DNA of 24,000 bases from the NCBI GenBank assembly GCA_964423475.1, contig CAYRFD010000002.1, forward strand, positions 9,405 to 33,404, read 5' to 3'. A program made the translations under genes and the position numbers. The notes beneath the pieces are model-generated. The model ran no database searches, was not told the DNA's origin, and saw nothing but the letters and a program-made list of their open reading frames with translations. The DNA is from an uncultured Candidatus Saccharibacteria bacterium. Lineage in GTDB: Bacteria > Patescibacteriota > Saccharimonadia > Saccharimonadales > CAIOMD01. Within the stretch, counting starts at the first letter, position 1. Each line of letters starts with the position of its first letter. Positions 8,188 to 16,532 of the stretch are shown piece by piece.

Positions 8188-9255
8188 TTAGCCCCTCATA
8201 AGCCTATCTAGCTCGTCTAAATCTACTGCGCAGGTACGAGCTTCTTCGTACGTTATGGTACCGCTATGTATTAGGCTTGCAAGAGTTTTATCCATACTTT
8301 GCATGCCAAATTCTCCACCTGTTTGAATAACAGCATCTAATTGATGAGTTTTGCCCTCGCGGATAATGTTACGCACGGCTGGAGTAGCCACTAAAATTTC
8401 TGCAGCAGCAATACGGCCGCCACCAATAGCTGGCAATAAACGCTGAGAACAAATAGCCATTAAAATATTACTAAGCTGTGAGCGAATTTGTGGCTGTTGA
8501 TGAGGCGGAAACACATCTATCATACGATCTATACTTTGAGCAGCGCTGTTGGTGTGCAAGGTAGCAAACACGAGGTGGCCTGTTTCTGCAATAGTAATAG
8601 CGGCAGCTATTGTTTCTAGATCGCGCATTTCTCCAATTAACACAACATCTGGGTCTTGGCGTAAACTGCTACGCAAGGCCGCGCTAAAACTAAATGTATC
8701 GTAATGCACCTCTCTTTGAACAATAATACTTTTATTACTTTTATGAGTAAATTCTATTGGGTCTTCTATTGTAACAATATGTTCGGCACGTTCGTGATTA
8801 ATTTTGTTTATCATGGCGGCAAGTGTGGTAGATTTACCAGAGCCAGTTGGGCCAGTTACTAAAACTAAACCTCTTGGGTATTCTGCAAATTTGTTAACTA
8901 TTTGTGGCAAACCAAGCTGTTCTACACTTAAAAGTTCGTTTGGTATAAGCCTAAGAGCAGCGGCTAAATTACCACGTTCATGAAAAGCGTTAACCCTAAA
9001 GCGCCCCAAATCGCCAAAAGCAAAGCTAAAGTCAAATTCTTTATCTTTTAGCAAAATTTGTTTTTGGTCGTCGTCTAGTAATGCAAAAATAAGAGTTTCT
9101 ATAGATTCTTCTGTTAAAACATCTGTGCCGCTTACAGTAACAAGTTTGCCATCTACACGTAACATTGGCGACAGCCCAACCTGAAGATGCAGATCACTTG
9201 CCTTTTTTTTAATTACTTCTTCTAAAAGTACTTCTATTCTTGGTTGGCCTTGCAT
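8188..9255 (-). CDS. pilT: Twitching-motility retraction ATPase
   Basis: 355 aa: ASDLHLQVGLSPMLRVDG, Walker A GPTGSGKST, Walker B VVLIGEMRD, and the PilT-specific AVRNIIREGKTHQL. Confidence 0.93.
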   Translation of the reverse strand: MQGQPRIEVLLEEVIKKKASDLHLQVGLSPMLRVDGKLVTVSGTDVLTEESIETLIFALLDDDQKQILLKDKEFDFSFAFGDLGRFRVNAFHERGNLAAALRLIPNELLSVEQLGLPQIVNKFAEYPRGLVLVTGPTGSGKSTTLAAMINKINHERAEHIVTIEDPIEFTHKSNKSIIVQREVHYDTFSFSAALRSSLRQDPDVVLIGEMRDLETIAAAITIAETGHLVFATLHTNSAAQSIDRMIDVFPPHQQPQIRSQLSNILMAICSQRLLPAIGGGRIAAAEILVATPAVRNIIREGKTHQLDAVIQTGGEFGMQSMDKTLASLIHSGTITYEEARTCAVDLDELDRLMRG

Positions 9256-9284
9256 GTTTTATATCCTTTTTTACTACTTAGTTA

Positions 9285-11066
9285 TTATGCTTTATCTGAT
9301 GATGCTACTCTGTTTACCTCTGCTAAAGACGTTTGGCCAGTTAAAGCCTTAAAATAGCCATCTTGACGCATAGTAATCATTCCATTTTTTTGAGCGCTAG
9401 CCTGTATTTCTGCGCTAGTAGCACGATTAACAATTAATTTTTGAATATCCTCGGTGACATTAAAGACTTCGTATAGCCCTAGCCTGCCCTTATAACCACC
9501 CGGGGTGCTGGGTGAATCTACACCCTTATATAAAGTATAAGCGTTTTGACCCGAAAGTGGCAACTCTCCGTAGCCTAAATCTTTTTCTACCTCTGTTTTT
9601 TCTTTTTCTGATGGTGGTAATAAATCTCCGATAGTTTCTTGTATAGCTAATTTTTCTACGTCATTGCTATTTGCGGTTTCTGGGTTAACAAGGCGCCTAA
9701 CCAAGCGCTGGCCAATAACCGTTCTTACTGTACTGGCAATTAGAAAGGGTTCTATACCCATGTCTAATAAACGAGGCAAAATACCAGCAGCGCTGTTGGT
9801 GTGCAGTGTAGACAACACTAAATGCCCTGTTAGGGCTGCTTGCACGGCTAAACTGGCGGTTTCTGCATCACGAATTTCTCCTACCATTACAACATCTGGG
9901 TCTTGGCGCAAAATTGAACGTAAGCCACTTGCAAAAGTTAAACCCACCTCTGGGTTTACCTGAATTTGGTTTATACCATCCATTTTATATTCTACTGGAT
10001 CTTCTAGGGTAACAATATTAATTTCATCGCTTTTGATTTCTTGAATAAGTGCATACATACTTGTAGATTTACCAGAACCAGTTGGGCCAGATGTTAAAAT
10101 CATACCGTTAGGGTTTTTGGCACCCTCTCTGATAGTTCTTAGAGCGCGCCCAGAATAGCCCATATCCTCTAGCTTAAGGCTTGTACCAGTTTTATCTAAC
10201 AACCTAATAACACACTGTTCACCCCAAACCACTGGCGATATTGCAATACGCAGGTCTATGGGGTTACCGGCAACCATAATACTAAATTGACCATCTTGTG
10301 GAATACGATGTTCATCTATTTTAAGGCTTGCTAAAATTTTAATACGAGATATTAGTGGTGGCTCTGTTGCTTTAGGCAACTTCATAATTTCTCTTAAAAC
10401 ACCATCTATTCTGCAGCGTATTTTTAGTTCTTTTTCTAGAGGTTCTATATGTATATCACTTGCTCTACTTTTGGCGGCATATTCCATAATTGTAGCTAAG
10501 GCTTTACTGATTGGCGAATCTTGTACTATAGATTGTATATTTTGAGTCTTTTCTGTGTTTTTTTTACTGGCTGCATCCTCGTCTTCTGCGGCACCAAGAG
10601 CCTGAGCAACGTCTTTACTAACATCTACCTTATATTGCTTTAAAACGTTTTCTATACCATCTTGGCTGGCCATATAAACCTTTAGGGGGCGGCCTATTTT
10701 ATTAGATAAAAAATCTACTGCCTGCACATTACCTGCATCTAACATGGCAACAACTAAACGTTGCTGCATCTCGCCCAGTGGCACCGCCTGATAGCGCTCT
10801 GCTACCTCGTACGGCAATAAAGATAAAACCTTAGAACTAACCTTTGCAGTAAGCAAATTTACATAAGGTACCCTAGTTGCCTGAGCAATTGCCTTTGTAA
10901 GATCTTCTGATTTAATATAATTATTATTTACAAGAACAGCAAATAATGGTTCTGCAGAATCTAAAGCACTTTTACGTACAGATTCTAACTCGGCTTTTTT
11001 AATTAACCCATTTTGCACCAATATTTGTTCTACAAGTTTTTGAGTATCTTCTAGGAGTACTGGCAT
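9285..11066 (-). CDS. pilB: Type IV pilus assembly ATPase (GspE/PilB family)
   Basis: 593 aa with an N-terminal T2SSE_N-like domain, ASDIHIEP, Walker A GPTGSGKST, DVVMVGEIRD, TGHLVLSTLHTN, and GYKGRLGLYEV near the C-terminus. Confidence 0.93.
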   Translation of the reverse strand: MPVLLEDTQKLVEQILVQNGLIKKAELESVRKSALDSAEPLFAVLVNNNYIKSEDLTKAIAQATRVPYVNLLTAKVSSKVLSLLPYEVAERYQAVPLGEMQQRLVVAMLDAGNVQAVDFLSNKIGRPLKVYMASQDGIENVLKQYKVDVSKDVAQALGAAEDEDAASKKNTEKTQNIQSIVQDSPISKALATIMEYAAKSRASDIHIEPLEKELKIRCRIDGVLREIMKLPKATEPPLISRIKILASLKIDEHRIPQDGQFSIMVAGNPIDLRIAISPVVWGEQCVIRLLDKTGTSLKLEDMGYSGRALRTIREGAKNPNGMILTSGPTGSGKSTSMYALIQEIKSDEINIVTLEDPVEYKMDGINQIQVNPEVGLTFASGLRSILRQDPDVVMVGEIRDAETASLAVQAALTGHLVLSTLHTNSAAGILPRLLDMGIEPFLIASTVRTVIGQRLVRRLVNPETANSNDVEKLAIQETIGDLLPPSEKEKTEVEKDLGYGELPLSGQNAYTLYKGVDSPSTPGGYKGRLGLYEVFNVTEDIQKLIVNRATSAEIQASAQKNGMITMRQDGYFKALTGQTSLAEVNRVASSDKA

Positions 11067-11087
11067 AATATCGCCCCTAACCCGCTA

Positions 11088-11324
11088 TTAAAACGGTTTT
11101 GTATTTTGAGTCTCGCCAATGGTGATATTTTGTGTAGGATTAAGCGAATTTGCATTAAAAAATCGAGGATCAGGTTGTGGAAATTCTGCCGTAATGGGTT
11201 GTACCACCGGAGTTGTAAGATTTTGCTTACTGTCGCCCCCAAAAAGATAATTAGATAATACGTAGCTAAAAATAGCACTAACAACTGCTACTGCAATAAT
11301 TATAACTATATCTTTCTTTTTCAT
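11088..11324 (-). CDS. Small bitopic membrane protein, unknown function (occupies the PilP slot)
   Basis: 78 aa: MKKKD followed by a TM helix (IVIIIAVAVVSAIFSYVL), then a Pro/Gln/Asn-rich tail. The start overlaps the pilO stop by 4 nt, and pilB starts 21 nt downstream. Confidence 0.5.
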   Translation of the reverse strand: MKKKDIVIIIAVAVVSAIFSYVLSNYLFGGDSKQNLTTPVVQPITAEFPQPDPRFFNANSLNPTQNITIGETQNTKPF

Positions 11325-12052
11325 TGTGTTGCCCCCGATTGTGTAGCGCTAGATGATGTAGAGGTTGGCTGTGGCGCACTACTACCGTTTGTTTTTACTA
11401 CTTCTTCTTTAATGCCAATTTCTGTTTTTGGCTGATAATATGTTTCACCCTTAATACTAATTGTTAAGTCTGAATCTTTACCACTAATTGTAACCTCGGC
11501 TATTTTAAATGGCCGTATAGAACGCTCTAAATCTGTTACAAGGCGTTGCAAAGATTCATAACTGCCAGAAGCACTTATTTCGAACGGTATAGGAATAGGG
11601 GTTGGAGATATACTACTCTTTTCTGCAGTTTCTTCTTGATCTGTGCCCGTAATACTGTCTACTTTTAAGCCAGCATTTTTAACAATAGAATCTAAACTAG
11701 ATGCTAGGGCTGGGTAGTCATATACACTAGGCAATGCATCTAACACAACTTTACTATTTTTATCTGGGGTGCCAATAACGGATTCTGGAGCGCTATCAAA
11801 CGCTGTATAGGCAGCTGTTAATTGATTAATTGATTCTATATTTTTTTCTAATTGAGCGTTTGCTTTATTACGCTTAGAAATAACTTCATTTTGGTAAGCA
11901 ATTTTATCTATAAGCGCTTTACCGGCAAAAAAAGTAAAAACAATAATTGCAGCAGCGGCAGCAGCCGAAACTATAACAAGAGTATTGGCTTTATCTACTG
12001 CAATATGCTTTGTAGATAGCTGGCCAAAGCCTTTTGATTGTTTTGCAGCCAT
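11321..12052 (-). CDS. pilO: Type IV pilus alignment protein PilO-like
   Basis: 243 aa with an N-terminal TM (LVIVSAAAAAAIIVFTFFAG) and a coiled-coil segment. The core IPFEISASGSYESLQRLVTDLERSIRPFKIAEVTISG matches the PilO pattern. The C-terminal tail is Ser/Thr-rich. Confidence 0.7.
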   Translation of the reverse strand: MAAKQSKGFGQLSTKHIAVDKANTLVIVSAAAAAAIIVFTFFAGKALIDKIAYQNEVISKRNKANAQLEKNIESINQLTAAYTAFDSAPESVIGTPDKNSKVVLDALPSVYDYPALASSLDSIVKNAGLKVDSITGTDQEETAEKSSISPTPIPIPFEISASGSYESLQRLVTDLERSIRPFKIAEVTISGKDSDLTISIKGETYYQPKTEIGIKEEVVKTNGSSAPQPTSTSSSATQSGATQ

Positions 12053-12053
12053 A

Positions 12054-12740
12054 TTAATTTGCCTCCGTTGTTGGTGTTTTATTGGGTATAAACAAAGGTA
12101 ATTGAGTTTGTGATCTTGTGGTAACCGTTACAGGAACAGCTAATTTAATGTCTTTGTTTTCGCTGTTAAATAACTCTGGGTCTACTTTTAGGGTGATGCT
12201 ATATGTAGTTTCTCCCTCTTTAGTGCTAAAACTTTGTAATATTACAGACGAGAAAGCGTTTTTAGGTTCTTGGCCTTGTGCCACAGGAGCTATAGTAGTA
12301 AATTTAAGCGTATCTACAAATCTATTAACTGCTATTACAGAATCTGCATTACCGTCTAACTTAATAGTGCTGTCTACAAAATTAACCGAAAAAGTGTCTA
12401 TTCTAACATCACTGGGAGTTATTTGCTGCAAGTAAGTAAAAATACGAGACACAACTGGTTTTGCTACGTGTAGTGGAGTTAGTGCTGTAAGTTGGTTTTG
12501 GATAGTAAGAATCTTGTCTAGATCTTTGTAGGATTGAACGGTTTCTAAATTTTTATCAATATTTTTTTTGGCATTATTTAACTGTAATTTTTGCCCTGCA
12601 TAAGCCGTAGATACCAATATAGCTAATACCGCAACGCAAGATATAATCACAATAAATGAAACAACAACTACCATGTGTTTTGTGCGTTGAGCTTTTACGT
12701 ACTCTGCCTTAACATCTGGTAACAAATTTATCTGAATCAT
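12054..12740 (-). CDS. pilN: Type IV pilus alignment protein PilN
   Basis: 228 aa. It starts with the PilN signature MIQINLLPD, followed by a TM helix and a periplasm-type domain. It overlaps the pilM stop by 4 nt. Confidence 0.8.
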   Translation of the reverse strand: MIQINLLPDVKAEYVKAQRTKHMVVVVSFIVIISCVAVLAILVSTAYAGQKLQLNNAKKNIDKNLETVQSYKDLDKILTIQNQLTALTPLHVAKPVVSRIFTYLQQITPSDVRIDTFSVNFVDSTIKLDGNADSVIAVNRFVDTLKFTTIAPVAQGQEPKNAFSSVILQSFSTKEGETTYSITLKVDPELFNSENKDIKLAVPVTVTTRSQTQLPLFIPNKTPTTEAN

Positions 12741-13777
12741 ATTGAACGCTCCGCAAGCCCTGCCGATACCCCAAAATGGTTACTAACAGCCAAAAGCTCA
12801 TTTTGCTTATCTGATGGGAAAGTTACGTTTCTCCAGGAATTACCTATTTCTACATTAAGACCAAACTTATTTGCAAGATAAAGTGGAAACTCTGGCAATG
12901 TAGAGGCTACACCTGTTACAACAAGTTTGCCTATTGGCGTGTTGGGGTATCTGGTTTGATAAAATTTAATAGATTTTTCTATCTCTCCAACAATAATATC
13001 TACAGTACCTATAATAGAACTATATATTTGGCCCTCTAGCTTATCTTTATTAAGACCAAACTTATATACAAATTGTTCGGCTTGTTTTTCATCTATATTT
13101 AAGCCTTGTACTGCCGATTTAATAATATTTTCTGAACCAGTTGGGATAGATCTGTTTAATTTTGGACCATTATTAGCAACAATAACAAGATCTGTGTAGT
13201 GCGTGCCTATATCTACAATAAGTTGTGGGGTAGTGTCGTCTGGCGAAGTTAGGGCTCTTGCAAGCGCTATAGTGTCTGGTTCAAAACCAATTACGTTAAG
13301 ACCAATGGCTTCTAAAATATCTAACCTTTGTTCTACATAAGTATTTGGAATACTAGAAATAAGTACTTCTAGCTTTGCTGTATCTACAGGCGAATCACCC
13401 AAAACGGCCCAGTCTATTTTGCTTTCTTCTAACGGGGTGGGAATAATTGTGTCTGCCTGAAACCTAATATTTTTAGCAAGTTCGCTATGATTTAAACGTT
13501 CAATATCTATTACAGAAGTAAATACACGCTGAGATGGCAAGCCCACTACAACGTTTTTTGTTGAAACCTTTGCCTGACTAACAAGGTCTTTTACAACGTT
13601 TGCTACTTTTTGTTGATCTGATTTTGCATCTGACAGAACTATTTTTGTATCTACTGGTGTAAGTGCATATTTTGCTAATGCTTTTACGGGCCCACTCCCT
13701 CTTAACTGGACTAGCCTTATAGCTGAAGTACCAATATCGAGGCCAAAAAAGTCTGAGACGCCATTTAGGACACTCAT
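12737..13777 (-). CDS. pilM: Type IV pilus actin-like ATPase PilM
   Basis: 346 aa with the phosphate-1 motif FGLDIGTSAIRLVQL and an actin/FtsA-like layout (VDIGTHYTDLVIV). It is the first gene of the block. Confidence 0.85.
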   Translation of the reverse strand: MSVLNGVSDFFGLDIGTSAIRLVQLRGSGPVKALAKYALTPVDTKIVLSDAKSDQQKVANVVKDLVSQAKVSTKNVVVGLPSQRVFTSVIDIERLNHSELAKNIRFQADTIIPTPLEESKIDWAVLGDSPVDTAKLEVLISSIPNTYVEQRLDILEAIGLNVIGFEPDTIALARALTSPDDTTPQLIVDIGTHYTDLVIVANNGPKLNRSIPTGSENIIKSAVQGLNIDEKQAEQFVYKFGLNKDKLEGQIYSSIIGTVDIIVGEIEKSIKFYQTRYPNTPIGKLVVTGVASTLPEFPLYLANKFGLNVEIGNSWRNVTFPSDKQNELLAVSNHFGVSAGLAERSI

Positions 13778-13839
13778 ACCATCTATAGTAACATAAGCAT
13801 GTTACAGCGCAACCATTTTTTATAAAAACATTAATTATC

Positions 13840-13848
13840 TGTTACAAT
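13840..13848 (+). promoter_or_regulatory. Extended -10 box (TGTTACAAT) 8 nt upstream of the ychF ATG
   Basis: TGtTACAAT at 13840-13848, then AAATTTAA, then ATG at 13857. No Shine-Dalgarno sequence in between. Confidence 0.35.
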
Positions 13849-13856
13849 AAATTTAA

Positions 13857-14939
13857 ATGAGTCTTTCTATTGCAATTGTTGGTTTGCCAAATGTTGGCAA
13901 AAGTACTTTATTTAACGCGTTAACAAATAATAGCGTTTTAGCGGCTAATTACCCCTTTGCCACAATTGAGCCAAACAGTGGCGTAGTGCCTATTCCAGAT
14001 GAAAGATTAGATGCTTTAGCTAAACTTTATAACAGTAAAAAGATTATGCCTGCTACGGTAGAGTTTACAGACATTGCGGGTTTAGTGGCGGGTGCTAGCA
14101 AAGGAGAAGGCCTTGGTAACCAATTTTTAAGCCATATTCGCGAATGTGCTGCTATTGTTCAGGTGGTAAGAGATTTTACAGATGGCAATGTTATTCATGT
14201 AGATAACGAATTACACCCAAAAAACGATATAGATGTTATTAACACCGAGTTAATTTTGGCAGACTTGCAAACTATTAACAAAACCTTGCCTCGTTTGCAA
14301 AAAGAGGCTCGTGCCAACAGCAAGCTTGGCCCAAAACTAGAGCTTTACCAAAAAGCAGAAGCAATGTTAGATAATGGCAAACCAATTTTTAGTGACGAAT
14401 CTTTAAGGCTACAAATAGCCGAATATAAAGATTTGCAACTTTTAACTGCAAAACCAATTATATATTTATTTAACGTAGACGATAAAACTCTATCCGACAC
14501 CAACAAAAAATCAGAACTTGCAAATATTGTTGCCCCAGCAAAAGCTTTATTTGTAAACGCCAAGCTAGAAGACGAACTGCGCGAACTTAGCAAACAAGAC
14601 CAAGCAGAAATGCTACAAGAATACGGCGTAAAAGAATCTGGCTTACTACAACTTATACATGCCGCCTACAGCACACTAGGGTTGCAAAGTTATTTAACCG
14701 CCGGAGAAAAAGAAGTTAGAGCCTGGACAATTAAAAAAGATTCAACCGCGCCCCAGGCTGCTGGGGTAATCCATGGAGATTTTGAACGCGGCTTTATAGC
14801 AGCCGATATTGTAAGTTATGCCGACTTAATTACTGCAGGATCTTTGGCTGCCGCAAGATCTGCTGGCAAAGTTCGCACAGAAGGCAAAACCTATATTATG
14901 CAACCCAACGACGTAGTAGAATTTAAATTTAACGTCTAA
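13857..14939 (+). CDS. ychF: Ribosome-binding ATPase YchF (OLA1 family)
   Basis: 360 aa: IAIVGLPNVGKSTLFNALT, YPFATIEPN, DIAGLV, and a C-terminal TGS-like domain (RAWTIKKDSTAPQAAGVIHGDFERGFI). Confidence 0.95.
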   Translation: MSLSIAIVGLPNVGKSTLFNALTNNSVLAANYPFATIEPNSGVVPIPDERLDALAKLYNSKKIMPATVEFTDIAGLVAGASKGEGLGNQFLSHIRECAAIVQVVRDFTDGNVIHVDNELHPKNDIDVINTELILADLQTINKTLPRLQKEARANSKLGPKLELYQKAEAMLDNGKPIFSDESLRLQIAEYKDLQLLTAKPIIYLFNVDDKTLSDTNKKSELANIVAPAKALFVNAKLEDELRELSKQDQAEMLQEYGVKESGLLQLIHAAYSTLGLQSYLTAGEKEVRAWTIKKDSTAPQAAGVIHGDFERGFIAADIVSYADLITAGSLAAARSAGKVRTEGKTYIMQPNDVVEFKFNV

Positions 14940-14947
14940 TATATAAT

Positions 14948-15715
14948 TTAGGCTAATTTTTTTAGCAAATAAAAGCGTTCTTGGTTGCCCTTAGTACCAA
15001 AAATTTGAGAATCTGCTTTATTTATAATTACAAAATACTTTTTAGCCCATAACTCAAAATCTTTTAAGATACTACGCCTAATGGCTTCGTTTTTTATAAT
15101 ACCCTTGTTTTTATCTGTAGACATTGCCTCAAACTGAGGTTTAACCATTGCTAAGATTTGCGTTTTAGGACCGGCAATATATTTATCTATATGTGGCAAT
15201 ATTTGCCTTAAAGATATAAAACTAACATCTATTACAATAATATCTGGCGATTTTGCAATATAAACCACGTTATTATCTGTTATATTACTGTTATTAATTG
15301 GCTTTAGGGCTACATCCCGAATATCTGTTTGCTCATGTAAATCTATCTTAGAGTTGCCATGTAGCCTTGGGTGCAGTTGTTTAGTGCCCAGTTCTATCGC
15401 AATTACTTTTTTAGCACCATTTTGCAAAGCATAATCTGTAAAACCACCAGTACTGCTACCAACATCTAGCACTATTTTATCTTTAAAAGATACTCCAAAA
15501 ACATCTACTACGCTTGCAAGCTTGAAACCTGCCCTACTTACGTATTTTGTTTGTAGCTTAAGTTCAATGTTAGAATTAGGATTAACGTAATATTTTGGGT
15601 TAATAATTTGCTTACTATCTACATAAACAGCGCCTAGCTTAATATAGCTTTCTGCCTGCTGATGAGATGATACAAGCTGCTTTTTTAAAATCAATATATC
15701 TAAACGATGCTTCAT
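14948..15715 (-). CDS. tlyA: TlyA-family rRNA (cytidine-2'-O)-methyltransferase
   Basis: 255 aa with an S4-like N-terminus (RLDILILKKQLVSSHQQAESYIKLGAV), VSRAGFKL, and the SAM motif LDVGSSTGGFTDYALQNGAKKVIAIE. Confidence 0.85.
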   Translation of the reverse strand: MKHRLDILILKKQLVSSHQQAESYIKLGAVYVDSKQIINPKYYVNPNSNIELKLQTKYVSRAGFKLASVVDVFGVSFKDKIVLDVGSSTGGFTDYALQNGAKKVIAIELGTKQLHPRLHGNSKIDLHEQTDIRDVALKPINNSNITDNNVVYIAKSPDIIVIDVSFISLRQILPHIDKYIAGPKTQILAMVKPQFEAMSTDKNKGIIKNEAIRRSILKDFELWAKKYFVIINKADSQIFGTKGNQERFYLLKKLA

Positions 15716-15746
15716 TATTTTATACTACATATTAATTGCAAAAAGT

Positions 15747-15914
15747 CTATTTTGGTTTCTTTAAACCAAACAGCTCAAAGCATCCTTGGAAAACGCCCCC
15801 GGCGAATTTAAATGGTGCTTCCAATGCACTCGCTGCACGGCATCCAAGAGTACCTAACCCTTCAGCAAGTTTTGATAGTCTTGGCATTTCCGTTTCAGGG
15901 ATATCATAGTACAT
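15747..15914 (-). CDS. Doubtful small ORF (55 aa from the ATG; 77 aa from a GTG inside efp)
   Basis: The track start at 15980 is GTG and lies 17 nt inside efp. The first ATG (15914) has AGGAAA 6 nt upstream. The product MYYDIPETEMPRLSKLAEGLGTLGCRAASALEAPFKFAGGVFQGCFELFGLKKPK has no TM segment and I recognised no family. Confidence 0.25.
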   Translation of the reverse strand: MYYDIPETEMPRLSKLAEGLGTLGCRAASALEAPFKFAGGVFQGCFELFGLKKPK

Positions 15915-15963
15915 TGATTTTCCTATAAAATGTGGCTTTTCCTCTAAGTCATTTACCTCTAGG

Positions 15964-16527
15964 TCATTTCTTTCGTTCACGGTATGCCCCTGTTTCTGTA
16001 TCTACAGATACAACGTCGCCCTGTTTAATAAATGATGGCACTCTTATTGATAAGCCTGTTTCTAGAGTTGCATCTTTTTGAACACTATTTGCGGTATCTC
16101 CCTTAACAACATCTTCGCAGTAAGTTACTTTTAAAAATATATTTTTAGGCAGGTCTATATTTATTACATTACCGTTAAAACTTTGAGCTTTAACTTTATC
16201 ACCCTCTTTTAAATAGCCGGTTTGGCCATCTAACAAGTCTGCCAAAAGCTCTATTTGCTCATAAGTATCGTCGTTCATAAAATAATATTTAGCACCGTCG
16301 TTATACAGGTACTGAACATTACTATATTGCACGTCTGCTTGTTCAATAACTTCGTTACCTTTAAAGGTTTTTTCTAAAACTTTGCCATCTATTAAGCTTT
16401 TTATGCGTACGTTAACTATAGAGCCTCCACGGCCCATAACTTTTTGGCCGTATTCTAGTACTTTATATGGGTGACCATCCATCTGAAAGACGGCACCTTT
16501 TTTTAAATCTGTTATTCCAAATGCCAT
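15964..16527 (-). CDS. efp: Translation elongation factor P
   Basis: 187 aa: MAFGITDLKKGAVFQMDGHPYKVLEY...VQYLYNDGAKYYFMNDDTYEQ...GDTANSVQKDATLETG...VDTETGAYRERK. It aligns by eye along the whole length of E. coli and B. subtilis EF-P. Confidence 0.95.
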   Translation of the reverse strand: MAFGITDLKKGAVFQMDGHPYKVLEYGQKVMGRGGSIVNVRIKSLIDGKVLEKTFKGNEVIEQADVQYSNVQYLYNDGAKYYFMNDDTYEQIELLADLLDGQTGYLKEGDKVKAQSFNGNVINIDLPKNIFLKVTYCEDVVKGDTANSVQKDATLETGLSIRVPSFIKQGDVVSVDTETGAYRERKK

Positions 16528-16532
16528 ATTAT

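Noticed and set aside
7182-12435. Antisense track ORFs 7182..7526, 7818..8084, 9664..9963 and 12118..12435, plus same-strand off-frame ORF 11051..11284
   Set aside because: All are embedded in strongly recognisable pilC, pilB, pilN or pilO coding sequence, or overlap the better-supported 78-aa frame. None has motif or RBS support.
14934-14953. Small palindrome spanning the convergent ychF and tlyA stop codons (8-bp gap) as a bidirectional terminator
   Set aside because: The stem is 6 bp, AT-rich, and has a wobble on one strand that becomes a mismatch on the other. There are no flanking U-tracts. It is too weak to call.
15964-15980. GTG start of the 77-aa ORF inside the 3' end of efp
   Set aside because: There is no ribosome-binding site and it needs a 17-nt overlap with efp. 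If the ORF is real at all, the downstream ATG at 15914 is the more plausible start.
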